Source: a virus
Virus record (IMG/VR): IMGVR_UViG_3300025732_000019
Direction: 5' to 3' (one strand)
DNA length: 64,000 bases
Numbering within the stretch: the first letter of the stretch is position 1; the number at the start of each line of letters is the position of its first letter. A program made the position numbers and the translations under genes. Positions 10,242 to 20,699 of the stretch are shown piece after piece. The notes under the pieces are model-generated. The model saw only the letters and a program-made list of their open reading frames with translations. It searched no databases and was not told the origin of the DNA.

Positions 10242-12140
10242 TTATCGGAGCACGCCGCCCTGATAGAACCCTGTCGCGGTTGATGTTTGCGATTCATCAA
10301 ACAGACTGACAACAATCGTGTTTGCATCGACAGTATACATACGGTTTAGAGAAGGCGTCAAGTCCGTCGTCAATGGCAGTGCATGAATCCAGACATCTAC
10401 CGCATCATTTTCAATGGCTTCTGGCGCGAAATTCGAAAGCGTCATAACACCGGTAGTGGTATCTAATGTGCCGACGTTCTCGTTGATGACCACCTCAGAG
10501 TGCGTGGCATCATCTTGATACCCAATAATTTGGATGATGTTATTTGATTCGCGTAAGATGCAGTTGGTGAACACGGTGCCGTTGGCGGCCGCATAATCAA
10601 ACCGGTGTGTTGATGACGGAAGAATCGCAGACGTAGTTCCCGACTTCAACAGCGGCCCACCGAATTTCACAACAAACGAATTTGAATCGCCGACCACAGG
10701 ATAAATGCGCTTCTGCAATTCGATCCGCGTCAATGAACTACTGATCGCGATATCGGTATCGTCAATCGCACGTGTCAGACGAGAGAAACGGAATGACGTG
10801 TTGAACTTTTCGATGTTCTGTTCTGCGTACGTATCGATGGTCGCCGCGACCGCACTCGCGAGTTGCTGCTTGGTGCGCGTCGTTGCCCGCGGGTCGTATT
10901 TGACTTGCGTGTTGACAATCAGGTAGATGTAATCGGGATCGACAATTTCCGGCACCACACCCACGATGCTATGCGGTTTGATCGCGGTTTCGACGATCTG
11001 ATTTTTCAAGACTTCCGTCAAGCGAATGCCAATCACCGGCTTGATCGCAATGTAGACGCGACCGTACGCAGGGCGTTCGAGTGCGTCATTCGGGTTTCCG
11101 TTTTCACCGCCGAAGACGGTGATCGCGGAAATACTTTCCGAATAGTCTTGTAGAATGACCACTTTGTAGTCATCTGCGGTTACGCATCGGTTCTGTGTGG
11201 CATAGGTGAGCGGCGCGAGATAGCGAATGTTTTCGATATCCTCATAATCGCTGCCGCCAAGGCTCGGCACCGTGTTCGCATCGGGGGTCGCGGTGACGCC
11301 GCGCTGCAACCCCGGAATAGTTGAGTCGTTGATACGGAACGGGCCACGAATGTTATTGCCGTCAAGACCGCGACTGATGTAGTAATCGACGAGCACCACA
11401 TTTCCATTGTGTAAGGCTCGACCGACAACATCGTTGCCAAACTTCAATTCGGGATATCCGTTATACGCTTCGTTCACCAAATAGATGTTCGACGTACTGT
11501 TGGCCAGCAACAGATTTGTTGCTTCCGTGAACACCGTTGACGTGTTGCTCGTGCTGCTATCAAATACCTGTACCGACAAACGGCTAAAGTCTACATTCGC
11601 ATTCGGAATAATGAACCGTTGCGTCGGATCGTTTGTATCCACCACAAACCGATACCGCGCTGGACGACCTTCGACTAAGGTAATCCCTGTACCTTCGTAT
11701 GCTAAACTCGTCGCATTCTGCGTGAGTTCCACATCATCGGTATTGTAGAAAGTGTACTGGGAGTTTGACTGCAACACGAACTGTGTGTTCTTGGATAGTG
11801 TAATTGTTGACGGTGATGTGTTACTGACGACCACCACGACGTTCGCCTCATACGACGCACTGCGCACGCCATGCGACGCATAGCCGAGCATCCGTGCATG
11901 TGACACGACAGAAGAACGTAATTGTGCAGTATCCAGAAACGCTTCGTTGACGGCCGATGAGAGATAGTAATTGTTGTAGAACGTCACGTATGCCAGCACG
12001 CGAGATAGCAACCGCAATCCGCTGCCGGAGAAGTCGTAATCGGAAAATGCCGGATCCGCTTTCATGAACTCGACGAGATTCTGGAGAATCTGATCGTAAT
12101 CGAGTTCCGCAATCCGAATTTGTGACGCTGGTGTAGCCAT
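10242..12140 (-). CDS. gp6: Baseplate wedge subunit gp6
   Basis: ELDYDQI..NL..F, FSDYDFSGSGL, NEAFLDTAQLRSSVVSHARMLGY, QNRCVTADDY. Confidence 0.95.
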   Translation of the reverse strand: MATPASQIRIAELDYDQILQNLVEFMKADPAFSDYDFSGSGLRLLSRVLAYVTFYNNYYLSSAVNEAFLDTAQLRSSVVSHARMLGYASHGVRSASYEANVVVVVSNTSPSTITLSKNTQFVLQSNSQYTFYNTDDVELTQNATSLAYEGTGITLVEGRPARYRFVVDTNDPTQRFIIPNANVDFSRLSVQVFDSSTSNTSTVFTEATNLLLANSTSNIYLVNEAYNGYPELKFGNDVVGRALHNGNVVLVDYYISRGLDGNNIRGPFRINDSTIPGLQRGVTATPDANTVPSLGGSDYEDIENIRYLAPLTYATQNRCVTADDYKVVILQDYSESISAITVFGGENGNPNDALERPAYGRVYIAIKPVIGIRLTEVLKNQIVETAIKPHSIVGVVPEIVDPDYIYLIVNTQVKYDPRATTRTKQQLASAVAATIDTYAEQNIEKFNTSFRFSRLTRAIDDTDIAISSSLTRIELQKRIYPVVGDSNSFVVKFGGPLLKSGTTSAILPSSTHRFDYAAANGTVFTNCILRESNNIIQIIGYQDDATHSEVVINENVGTLDTTTGVMTLSNFAPEAIENDAVDVWIHALPLTTDLTPSLNRMYTVDANTIVVSLFDESQTSTATGFYQGGVLR

Positions 12141-12143
12141 AGG

Positions 12144-12554
12144 TTATCGCAGTCGTGAAAGATACAGAGTGAACGTCACCGGCGTGGTTTGGTTCACCAT
12201 TGAGAAGACCAGATTGACTTCATACCGCTGCTCATCTGCCGACGGAAGCACTACCAGTTGTTGAATCTGCACCCGAGGTTCGAATGAGCGAATCGTCGTT
12301 TCGATCTCACGCTGTAGCAGTACGGTAGTAATCGGATCAATGGGTTCGAACAATAGCCGCTTGATGCGGGTACCAAACTCCGGAAAAAACGGGGTTTCGC
12401 CCGTATCGACAGAAAGCAGCAAGCGCAACGAGCGTTTCACCGCTTCCGCACCACTCACACTCACAACATCGCTCGTAATGGGATTCCGCGCAAACGTCAG
12501 TGACAGATCCTTGTACTGACGAGTGACGTTGAATGTGGTTGATATCTCGGCCAT
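12144..12554 (-). CDS. gp25: Baseplate wedge subunit gp25
   Basis: YKDLSLTF..NP, AVKRS, GETPFFPEFG, LLFEP, FEPRV. Confidence 0.95.
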   Translation of the reverse strand: MAEISTTFNVTRQYKDLSLTFARNPITSDVVSVSGAEAVKRSLRLLLSVDTGETPFFPEFGTRIKRLLFEPIDPITTVLLQREIETTIRSFEPRVQIQQLVVLPSADEQRYEVNLVFSMVNQTTPVTFTLYLSRLR

Positions 12555-12575
12555 AGATATGAGTATTTAGTGTGT

Positions 12576-13979
12576 CTAATACCAATCGTTTTTCGTGTAC
12601 CGAGGCATATCGACGCCCCATCCCGGTGATGCTGTGTCGGAACCCGCGCCGACAATGAAATCGACTGCGGTGACCGTCTTTCCGTTGTATTGTACGCCTT
12701 CCGGATCGCCGGGAAGGCCGAGGAACGCCAGTACGTCTGTCGCGTGCCCTGCGTATTGGGTTTGACCCGCATTCTTGCGCAGGTGACCCCACTGCGACCC
12801 ATACGCGCTCTTGCTGCGTAGTTCCGCGAGGGCAGCTTCCGTGAACCGGCCGCAGTCGTCATCTGATGAGAAGTTATACTGATCTCGCGTCGCAGCGAAG
12901 AGTGCGGCCACGATACCGCGATCATCCGGCACCACACCCGGCGCGCCAGTGTCTCCGTCACCATCACCACCGGTTGTTTCAGTTGTAGGCGACGCATCCC
13001 CAATTGTGACGGGCGGGTTGAGTTTATTTTGCCGTGCTTTTTCGATTTCTAATTCTGCATTGATTCGCGTCAAGAGCGCCGCGGATTCTCGTTGCGCCTG
13101 TGCATACGCTTCACCGGTCAATCGAGTAATCAAATGCACGCCGTCGAGAAAACTATCGTCGTAGTTTCGCGTCAACACCTGACGTCGCAATGACGTCGCG
13201 GAAAACGAGACATGGATCCACGAAATTGCAGGTTCGTCGCAATAATGCAGAATCAATTGATCAAACTGTAATGACTTGGCAATGTAGTCAGCAATCTCAT
13301 ATAAGAGTTCTGGCGTTTGATTGCGCACTTGCAGATCAACGGCTTCACCCTTTTCGTGCTGGCTCAAACCTGTATTGACTTGACGAAATCCACTGACAAT
13401 AACAATGTTGGGATATTTTCGTTTCAATGGTTGCAGCACGTTAGTGGCTAGCAACGCAAGGTTATACAGAATGTCGTCTTCCAGCAATCCAAGTTGCGGA
13501 GTGATGCCAACGGCGGCGGATGCCGAAGCAGATACGGCGGCCTTGTCAGGCACCACCGTCGTCACCGTCTGTGGAATTCTGCTGGTATCTATCGTCGAGG
13601 TATCTGTGACATCCGCAGACGATGAGACGGCATAGAGCCACGGAAATAAGATTCGCTGTTCCCAATACCACCCATCGGTTGGCGACCATCCGGTTGCCGC
13701 CGGGCCGGGTATTGCATTCCGCGTGGCCAATTCTTCATCCGTCCACAACGCACCCCAACCACTATCACGCCCGATAATTTGCACCATCCAAAAATCAAGT
13801 TCACGTGGTGTCGGAAGACCCGACCAATATGGTTGCCCTGAGGGCCCATCCGCTGAAAGTGGATTGGCGCGCCATCCCGATTGCTCCATGATGGAACGGT
13901 ATTGTTCACGTTTCGCATATGCCGCTTCGATCTGCGTTCGCACATACGTAGGTTCATACGGGTTCTGATAGTCAGTCAT
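12576..13979 (-). CDS. Peptidase M15A-domain (Zn D-Ala-D-Ala peptidase-like) virion protein
   Basis: NVLQPL...SGFR...SQHEKGEAVD...FDQLIL...WIHVSF; located between gp5 and gp25. Confidence 0.85.
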   Translation of the reverse strand: MTDYQNPYEPTYVRTQIEAAYAKREQYRSIMEQSGWRANPLSADGPSGQPYWSGLPTPRELDFWMVQIIGRDSGWGALWTDEELATRNAIPGPAATGWSPTDGWYWEQRILFPWLYAVSSSADVTDTSTIDTSRIPQTVTTVVPDKAAVSASASAAVGITPQLGLLEDDILYNLALLATNVLQPLKRKYPNIVIVSGFRQVNTGLSQHEKGEAVDLQVRNQTPELLYEIADYIAKSLQFDQLILHYCDEPAISWIHVSFSATSLRRQVLTRNYDDSFLDGVHLITRLTGEAYAQAQRESAALLTRINAELEIEKARQNKLNPPVTIGDASPTTETTGGDGDGDTGAPGVVPDDRGIVAALFAATRDQYNFSSDDDCGRFTEAALAELRSKSAYGSQWGHLRKNAGQTQYAGHATDVLAFLGLPGDPEGVQYNGKTVTAVDFIVGAGSDTASPGWGVDMPRYTKNDWY

Positions 13980-13981
13980 GA

Positions 13982-16102
13982 TTAGATAGACGGTTCGGTA
14001 TTAGGTTGACGTACATCTCCACCTGCACCACCGGATGTTGTGTTTGGTGTAGAGGTGGTTGACGCAGTAGCATCAGGCTCACCATTCACAGTGATGCCTG
14101 TATCACTGGGTTCAATGCTATCTGTCGCCGCGAAATTTGCGACATCTGCCCGCGATAAACTATCGACGAGATCCGCAACGGTGAATGAAGTATTCGCAAG
14201 TACTGCGGAAGGAGTGAATGTGTATACACCACGATAGGTATCGCGGTTCAGAAAATCAACCAACGGCAGTATTGCTGGTGCGATAATATTCGTGTTTGGT
14301 TGCGACGCTGCACCGCCAATCACATTCATGTAGGTATTCGCAACATCCTTTAGTGCTTTTCGCGTATCGAGATGCGCTTGATATAAATCCGTGGCGCGCA
14401 TTTCTTCAGGTGTATCAAGTTGTACCGCACGGTAATTGACTGCGGCTTGCGTGGTGGCGTTATAGATCAACGGATTAGCCAACGGGCTGGTCTTCGGAAC
14501 GCGATCTGCGGGAATGGGTTCGGATTTCGCGTTGAGTACTTTTAGAAACGCCGCGGCGCCGAGTGATACCAAATCGATCTGCTTCAAGGTATCCTTTGTC
14601 GCAGACAGAATCTTCGTCGCCATCGCTGTCGTGCCTGCTGACGGTGACGCAGGTGTCGCGAGCGCCGCGGCCGCGGCCAGTTCTGTGCCCATCTTCGTGG
14701 TAATCACTGCGGCACTCTTCGCAATCGCACCTTTATATTCTGCTGTAGCTAGAGTGATCGCCCGCGCAAACAATGGAAAGTCAACCGCGAGCGCCTTCAG
14801 ATCGACGAGAGGCGCCACACCGCCAGGCACCGGAGCGACCGGCATACCCTCACCCAGTTTCACATATCGAAGATCCACAACGGAGCCATCGACGGTGGTT
14901 TTATTTTTAGAGCGAAGCGCAATGTTGCCTTCCGCAAACACATTGAAGTCTTTCGTTGTGTGAATGCTCACATCGTTTTCACTCTTAATATCCACTTTAT
15001 TCTTTGCATAGAGCGTCACATCACCTTCCACACTGACGTGGCAACTACCATCAACCTTGACGTATTGATTGCCATGTGTGACGGTATAGCCATCCGCAAA
15101 CGACTTATAGACCACGGTGCCGTTGGGATGCATTTCGATAAAGGAACCTGACCGATGAAAAATGTGAATACGCTCTGCACCGGGCGTATTGTCGTATTCG
15201 ACAATGTGCCCGGATGAGGTTTTCACGACGGTGTTATATGGATACTGTGCGGCATACGGCGGTGCAGGTTCACTCCATCCTGCTTGACGTGACTTATCCG
15301 TAAAGACCACATTCAACGTCGAGTTGTAACCGGGAGCTTTTGAAAAATCTGCTAGTTGTTTGAAGCGACTCCAAAAACTCGGTTTGCCAGACGCAATCGC
15401 ATTACCCGCAGAAACGGATTTTTGTTTATCCGCTAACGCGGGCTCTTTCGCCGCCGCGGTGCCGCCCTCCGCTAATGGCGCGACAGAGGGCGCCCCAATC
15501 TCTGATGGCTTGGGATAGGTCGTACGAGCGGTATTTTCTTGCACCCGAGCGCCGGTGCCTGTCGTGATATCGTTTTTCTTTTTCTCAAGGCTTTGCTGTA
15601 CATTTTGAAGCTGCCGCTTGCGCTCTGCTAATACCGCGGCCGCTTCTGCTAACTGTGCAGCCGACGTGACGAATCCTGGCGGCATGCCCGAGATCTGCAC
15701 CATCTCCGTTGCGGAAGGAAACGTGGTGGCCGACGTATTTGCTGCTTGCTGTAATCCTGCAATGATCGTATCTTGCTGCGGAATGGTGCCTCGCAACACA
15801 CCCTTCGACGCGACATCAAATGATGTGAGTGTCTGCGTAACGGAAGTACTCAGTGCGGTGAGTTGATCTTTTTGTTGAAACGTTTTCTTATACGCATTGA
15901 TCGAGGCACCACCAAGACTTATGGCCGTGCTGACGGTGCCAAGCGCACGTTTGGCTTTGTCGAGAAACGAAAGCTTCTTTGTCGGTGGCGCGGGTTCACG
16001 TGAAACCGGTTCATCCGGTGCAATCGCCAGTTCTGCTGGCGTGCGCATATCGCGGCCGCCATCATTCTTATTTGCCGTGCTCGCAGTATTCGCAATCGCC
16101 AT
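13982..16102 (-). CDS. gp5: gp5-like baseplate spike, C-terminal part (beta-helix region)
   Basis: YPYNTVVKTSSGHIVEYDNTPGAERIHIFHRSGSFIEMHPNG followed by V.G..repeats; no lysozyme motif recognised. Confidence 0.85.
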   Translation of the reverse strand: MAIANTASTANKNDGGRDMRTPAELAIAPDEPVSREPAPPTKKLSFLDKAKRALGTVSTAISLGGASINAYKKTFQQKDQLTALSTSVTQTLTSFDVASKGVLRGTIPQQDTIIAGLQQAANTSATTFPSATEMVQISGMPPGFVTSAAQLAEAAAVLAERKRQLQNVQQSLEKKKNDITTGTGARVQENTARTTYPKPSEIGAPSVAPLAEGGTAAAKEPALADKQKSVSAGNAIASGKPSFWSRFKQLADFSKAPGYNSTLNVVFTDKSRQAGWSEPAPPYAAQYPYNTVVKTSSGHIVEYDNTPGAERIHIFHRSGSFIEMHPNGTVVYKSFADGYTVTHGNQYVKVDGSCHVSVEGDVTLYAKNKVDIKSENDVSIHTTKDFNVFAEGNIALRSKNKTTVDGSVVDLRYVKLGEGMPVAPVPGGVAPLVDLKALAVDFPLFARAITLATAEYKGAIAKSAAVITTKMGTELAAAAALATPASPSAGTTAMATKILSATKDTLKQIDLVSLGAAAFLKVLNAKSEPIPADRVPKTSPLANPLIYNATTQAAVNYRAVQLDTPEEMRATDLYQAHLDTRKALKDVANTYMNVIGGAASQPNTNIIAPAILPLVDFLNRDTYRGVYTFTPSAVLANTSFTVADLVDSLSRADVANFAATDSIEPSDTGITVNGEPDATASTTSTPNTTSGGAGGDVRQPNTEPSI

Positions 16103-16104
16103 GA

Positions 16105-16455
16105 TTAGCTATTTCCACCTTGAGAACCTGTTTGATTATCTGACGGATATGCGGGTAGCTTCCCAAAGATAATCGGTTGCTGACCTAACTGTGCATCAAG
16201 AAAGAATCCAATCACCCAATCACCTTCGCGAATATCAATAGGCATGCGACTGTGTGTCAGTGGAAGTAGCGGCATCGCCCACGGCAAATGATCGGTAGGC
16301 AGAATCGAGGTATCCATTTCGTGCCATCCGAGAATGCGCACTTTGCTGCGAAACAGATGCAGAGGATCGCCGCCAATTTTTTCCACAATCCCGACAAACC
16401 AGATGAACCCATCCATGCCGGTGAAGTAAGACATTGCTGATGATGATGCATCCAT
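16105..16455 (-). CDS. gp5: gp5 N-terminal OB-fold as a separate ORF
   Basis: FIWFVGIVE..DPL...KVRILGWH...LPTDHLPWA...GDWVIGFFLD...QQPIIFG. Confidence 0.85.
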   Translation of the reverse strand: MDASSSAMSYFTGMDGFIWFVGIVEKIGGDPLHLFRSKVRILGWHEMDTSILPTDHLPWAMPLLPLTHSRMPIDIREGDWVIGFFLDAQLGQQPIIFGKLPAYPSDNQTGSQGGNS

Positions 16456-16482
16456 ATTGCTATTTACACATTCTCGATGAGA

Positions 16483-17868
16483 CTATAATCCACGCATCGG
16501 TACACTTAACGAGTCATTATTGACGCGCAATGCCATCCGATAGTCAAATTCGCCGGGGGTTTTAATAACCATGATGTGATGTACCGATGACACCATGTGA
16601 TTGCCGCTATGCGCAGTCGTGCGTGCCGTTGGTCGAACACTTTGTGTCGTATCAGTACCATCCGCGCCCGCTAAGGCATTCGTCATCGGATATATCACGC
16701 GCACCACGCTACCGGCGCGTATTTGTGGTTGACCGGGCAATTCCACCAACGATTCGATTTGGCGCAGTTCGCGCAATTGACGGTTTCGATGGATGATCGA
16801 TTCGTGCATCAATTGTTCTTGCTGGAATGCTTTCTGGCCTGCGGGTGTGCTGGTATTCGCGGTCGACCAGACATTCGTCGGCACCATGAACTGTTGTACA
16901 CTCGGGCCAATCTCGCGGTCATAGTTCTCTGGATACAACGGATATGTATTCAGATGTGATGAAGCTGTGTCTTTGAACGCATCGGTATACAAACTATCGG
17001 TAACAGACAACTTATGTGCGTTGATTTTCTGTGCGAGAAAGTCGAAATGGATCATACGCGAACGATACATGCCGGACGCAATACCCCCAAGCAAGTCGAA
17101 CGCATGCTCCTGTTGAAACCGAAAAATCGCGTTACGCGCATTGTCGGTATTTTCCGAAGACGACGACTGCGTTAAATTCACGTGCAACACCGGCAATTGC
17201 TGTGCCTGCGTTTTTCCGTGTTCGATCAGGCGGTGCAAACTGGAGAAATGAAACCCGTCGAGTGTTTCAAAAAATAAATATCCGCCACTTTGCCGGTTTT
17301 CGTTACGTAACGATAGCATCGCAAAATAATTGATCGCCCGAAGCGGTGTGTAATTGGGAATGACGACATCGATCTTTCCCCATGTCGGCTCGGGCGAACC
17401 CGGCACGAACTTAGAGGTAAACTGTTTTGTCTCGTCTGTTGTACCCAAATATTGATTCACAATCGTTTTCACCGCGTCGGCACACGTTATATCGTGAAAC
17501 CGATGACAGATACGTCGCGACGTGCTGGCGACAAATTCCGGAGTGGCAAACTCGATGATAAAGTCACGCAAGTCGTTACGCAGAAACACTTGGTCGTGAA
17601 CTTTCGTAATGCGAAATACGCGTCGAAACCGCGTGTTCGTTCCGTCAATCGCAAAGTCCAGAAAGAGATGTTCGACCCCGACAATCGGCAGCAGTTCAAC
17701 AAGACCCGCTTTGTCAGTGACGGCGATACTTCCGGAAATGGTATTCTGAAAAATGCTTTCGTACACATCGATACGGCGCACACCATCTAAGATCGAGACG
17801 GGCACCGGTTGATTCGGTGTCAGAATACTGCAGTCAATAATTTTAACTTGCCGTTGTCTCAAAGACAT
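16483..17868 (-). CDS. Baseplate hub/tail protein (gp27-like position)
   Basis: VYESIF...SGSI..D..LVELLPIVG.E, YLFFETLDGFHFSS; lies between gp53 and gp5. Confidence 0.7.
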   Translation of the reverse strand: MSLRQRQVKIIDCSILTPNQPVPVSILDGVRRIDVYESIFQNTISGSIAVTDKAGLVELLPIVGVEHLFLDFAIDGTNTRFRRVFRITKVHDQVFLRNDLRDFIIEFATPEFVASTSRRICHRFHDITCADAVKTIVNQYLGTTDETKQFTSKFVPGSPEPTWGKIDVVIPNYTPLRAINYFAMLSLRNENRQSGGYLFFETLDGFHFSSLHRLIEHGKTQAQQLPVLHVNLTQSSSSENTDNARNAIFRFQQEHAFDLLGGIASGMYRSRMIHFDFLAQKINAHKLSVTDSLYTDAFKDTASSHLNTYPLYPENYDREIGPSVQQFMVPTNVWSTANTSTPAGQKAFQQEQLMHESIIHRNRQLRELRQIESLVELPGQPQIRAGSVVRVIYPMTNALAGADGTDTTQSVRPTARTTAHSGNHMVSSVHHIMVIKTPGEFDYRMALRVNNDSLSVPMRGL

Positions 17869-17876
17869 GCATGTGC

Positions 17877-18404
17877 CTATCGATACAATTCGCGCAATGT
17901 GTTGGCAATCTGCGGAGCCGCTAATGCGGATACTACCTTGATGCGACGTTTCGCTTCGTTCAGCGAGACTTCATACTCATACGGCGTCTGAATCGCGCCA
18001 CGACGTGTAGGAGTCAGTTCCGTGTACGTGATCGCGTCTACTTGATCGCCGTCGATGGTGAAATAATAGGGAGTGCCTTCACGTGCTGCGGCGAGACTAC
18101 CATACTTACTGCGCAGATAGCTTGCCATTTCCGTTTCTGTCAGCGGCCAGTCGTACAGCGAAAGAATGTTGTTCACCACCAGAATGATCCATGTGTAGCT
18201 CACCGTGTTGTATAACTTCATCGAGACAGTATCTGGGCGCTCATCGTCGGCAATGATGTAATCATACAGCGACACCTGCACTTGCTGCAATCGCTGCGCC
18301 AACTTCGTACGCGACGTAATGCGGGAAACGAGCACATCGTACGGCGCACCATCTTCCGTACGATACGTGTAGGGAACGACGGGAAAGTTTGAGAAGTAAT
18401 TCAT
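17877..18404 (-). CDS. gp53: Baseplate wedge subunit gp53
   Basis: YFSNFP, ERPDTVS..LY....WIIL..NNI...YDWPL, YEYE..LNEAKR.IK. Confidence 0.93.
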   Translation of the reverse strand: MNYFSNFPVVPYTYRTEDGAPYDVLVSRITSRTKLAQRLQQVQVSLYDYIIADDERPDTVSMKLYNTVSYTWIILVVNNILSLYDWPLTETEMASYLRSKYGSLAAAREGTPYYFTIDGDQVDAITYTELTPTRRGAIQTPYEYEVSLNEAKRRIKVVSALAAPQIANTLRELYR

Positions 18405-19513
18405 TACTTTTTACCCCCCTCTGTGATCATCTTCTTGGCAACGTCCGCGAGCCTGACGCGACTCGGGTCGGGGAAATTACCAACATCTCCTCGGTCAATA
18501 AGACCTTGACCGCTTGCTGAGGTATCTGCACTTTCTTCGTCGCGAGCCAGCAGCCGTACCTCTTGAAACTCCAAAGAAAGTTTGGTGACCGCTGGAAATA
18601 ATTCGCCGTTTGATGCTCGGAAAAATGCTACTTGAGAAGCACCGGCATGGTCGACGGAGACATTTTGCAACACCGACCGGCCAATTTTGTTAAAGTGGTG
18701 CATGCTCGGCTTCGATTCGCTCCAAAACGATATTTCAAATTCATACGGAAACCCCATGAGCATTCCTTCAATATCCTGATTAGTGCCGACTGCGGGACTG
18801 TATGCGGGAAGCATGTAAAATTGAAAGAACTTGATAATACCATCAACAGCCCGCGCCTCTTCTTCACTTCGGGGAATAAGCACAAACTCCATACGATGTG
18901 TGCGATATCCGATATGTGAAAACAAGACGTCTGTACGAGGATTAGGCCGAACACCGAGAGCTTGGGGAAGGCCACCCTGAAACTTCTCATCAACCATCTG
19001 CAATACTTTTGCAAGAGCCGCTTGCCTTACGGTGGCACCACCACCAGCTTGTGTAATGGTTCCTAGACCAGCTTGCCACAGACTGCTAACTGCAGAACCG
19101 GCATCAGAAATTGTTTTCCCTAGATCTGCTGAAGCGCCACCGGGCAGTAAACCCAATATATCGTCTGCAACCGCGCCAATACCTTTGAACGCCGATATTA
19201 ACTCAGGCTGTCGCGCACCCGCTTCGGACAACACTCCCATAAACGGGCCCAAGTCGTTGGTATCGTACGTCGCAGCAATCTGTGAATTTAAAGCTTCGGC
19301 GGGCACATACAACTGCACACTGGCTAGAGTTCGATCTTGCTGCCCATTTCCTTCAGAGGCCAATCCACGTCTACCTGCGTGCCGACTGCTACGTGCCTCA
19401 AACAGCATCCATTTTTCAAAGGGCCCGGGTGTCCCGAGTTCCATTGGATATTTCGTGGGGATTGGTGCATTAGATATCGTCGAAGAAGATTGAAGTAGTG
19501 GTTCGTCGGCCAT
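18404..19513 (-). CDS. gp48: Baseplate tail tube cap gp48
   Basis: YP.E, LYVP, NPRTDVLF....R.H..F.L.PRSEEEA...I.KFF, LSLEFQEV. Confidence 0.85.
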   Translation of the reverse strand: MADEPLLQSSSTISNAPIPTKYPMELGTPGPFEKWMLFEARSSRHAGRRGLASEGNGQQDRTLASVQLYVPAEALNSQIAATYDTNDLGPFMGVLSEAGARQPELISAFKGIGAVADDILGLLPGGASADLGKTISDAGSAVSSLWQAGLGTITQAGGGATVRQAALAKVLQMVDEKFQGGLPQALGVRPNPRTDVLFSHIGYRTHRMEFVLIPRSEEEARAVDGIIKFFQFYMLPAYSPAVGTNQDIEGMLMGFPYEFEISFWSESKPSMHHFNKIGRSVLQNVSVDHAGASQVAFFRASNGELFPAVTKLSLEFQEVRLLARDEESADTSASGQGLIDRGDVGNFPDPSRVRLADVAKKMITEGGKK

Positions 19514-19590
19514 GAGTGCTCTCTAAATACTCCAAGATGTGAAATGAGGCATCGTCTTTCTATTTAGTCACACATCACATAAGGGTATCG

Positions 19591-20028
19591 GTGGCATATC
19601 AAGGTCGGTACATACCGCAGCATCCGGAAAAATACGCCGGGGATACGACGAACATTATCTATCGCTCCAGTTGGGAGCGAAAGTTTTTTGTCTATTGCGA
19701 CACCACTCCGGGCGTCCTCCGCTGGGCGTCAGAAGAGTTCTGCATTCCGTATCTACATCCTGTCGATGGTCGCATACACCGGTACTTTCCTGACGTGCTA
19801 ATGGAGGTGCGCACGACGAATGGCGCACAAACGTTTCTGATCGAAATCAAACCCAAAGCACAGTCAGAACTGCGTCACGTCAAACGCAAATCAAAAAAGT
19901 TCCTACAAGAATCCATGACCGTCGCGATCAACCACGCAAAATGGGATGCTGCGGAACGATTCTGTAACGAACGCAAATGGGTGTTTCAAGTGCTCACCGA
20001 AGAGCATTTGTTCGGAAAAGGTATCTAA
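19591..20028 (+). CDS. gp4: Head completion nuclease gp4
   Basis: YQGRY.P.HPEKY.GD...IIYRSSWE..F..YCD, WASEE..IPY, HRYFPD, IEIKP. Confidence 0.95.
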   Translation: MAYQGRYIPQHPEKYAGDTTNIIYRSSWERKFFVYCDTTPGVLRWASEEFCIPYLHPVDGRIHRYFPDVLMEVRTTNGAQTFLIEIKPKAQSELRHVKRKSKKFLQESMTVAINHAKWDAAERFCNERKWVFQVLTEEHLFGKGI

Positions 20029-20688
20029 ATGGCGTCTGTTGGCATTTTCGAAACGCTTCGACAACGTATTCTCGACAGCAACGGGTTGCTCCCACAAGAA
20101 CGACGAGCGATGCTCTGGTTTCGTGAGTATGCAACGACGTTGCGAGCATGGCAAAATAGCTACTCCAATCGGATCACCTACACGCAGTTAGCGAAAGACA
20201 CATCCTACGCAAAACGGTTGGTGCCGGTGTCGCAAGCACGTCCCGGCCGACTGTACTTCTATGTCTACCAGCCTGAGCATGCAAGAACATTAGAATACTA
20301 TGATCGGTTTCCGTTCACCCTTATCATTGACCGCAGCCCGACGCACCTCTTGGGATTGAACTTTCACTACCTTGATAATCTGTATCGCGCTAAGTTATTT
20401 GATGCACTCTACACTCGCGCACGCAACGTGCAAAAGAACCCGAAGACACCCGCAGACACGCTAAATACCTATATCGCAGTTGACTACGATCTGTTAAATG
20501 GTGTGCGACGGTTTGCGCCGTTTCGGCCATGCATTCATTCGTATCTGCGAAAGAACATCCGCACACCCTTGCTGCAAGTGGGCGAAAGTGAATGGGATAT
20601 CGCATTGTTCCTGCCTGTGGAGCGATTTGCAAAAGAAACACGCAGCACGGTGTGGGCAGAGTCACGAAAGAAGATTACACGAGGATAG
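20029..20688 (+). CDS. gp2: DNA end protector gp2
   Basis: PGRLYFYVY, YYDRFP, GLNFHYL, PCIHSYL, W..A.FLP.ERF, VWAES. Confidence 0.92.
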   Translation: MASVGIFETLRQRILDSNGLLPQERRAMLWFREYATTLRAWQNSYSNRITYTQLAKDTSYAKRLVPVSQARPGRLYFYVYQPEHARTLEYYDRFPFTLIIDRSPTHLLGLNFHYLDNLYRAKLFDALYTRARNVQKNPKTPADTLNTYIAVDYDLLNGVRRFAPFRPCIHSYLRKNIRTPLLQVGESEWDIALFLPVERFAKETRSTVWAESRKKITRG

Positions 20689-20699
20689 AGCGCACGCGT

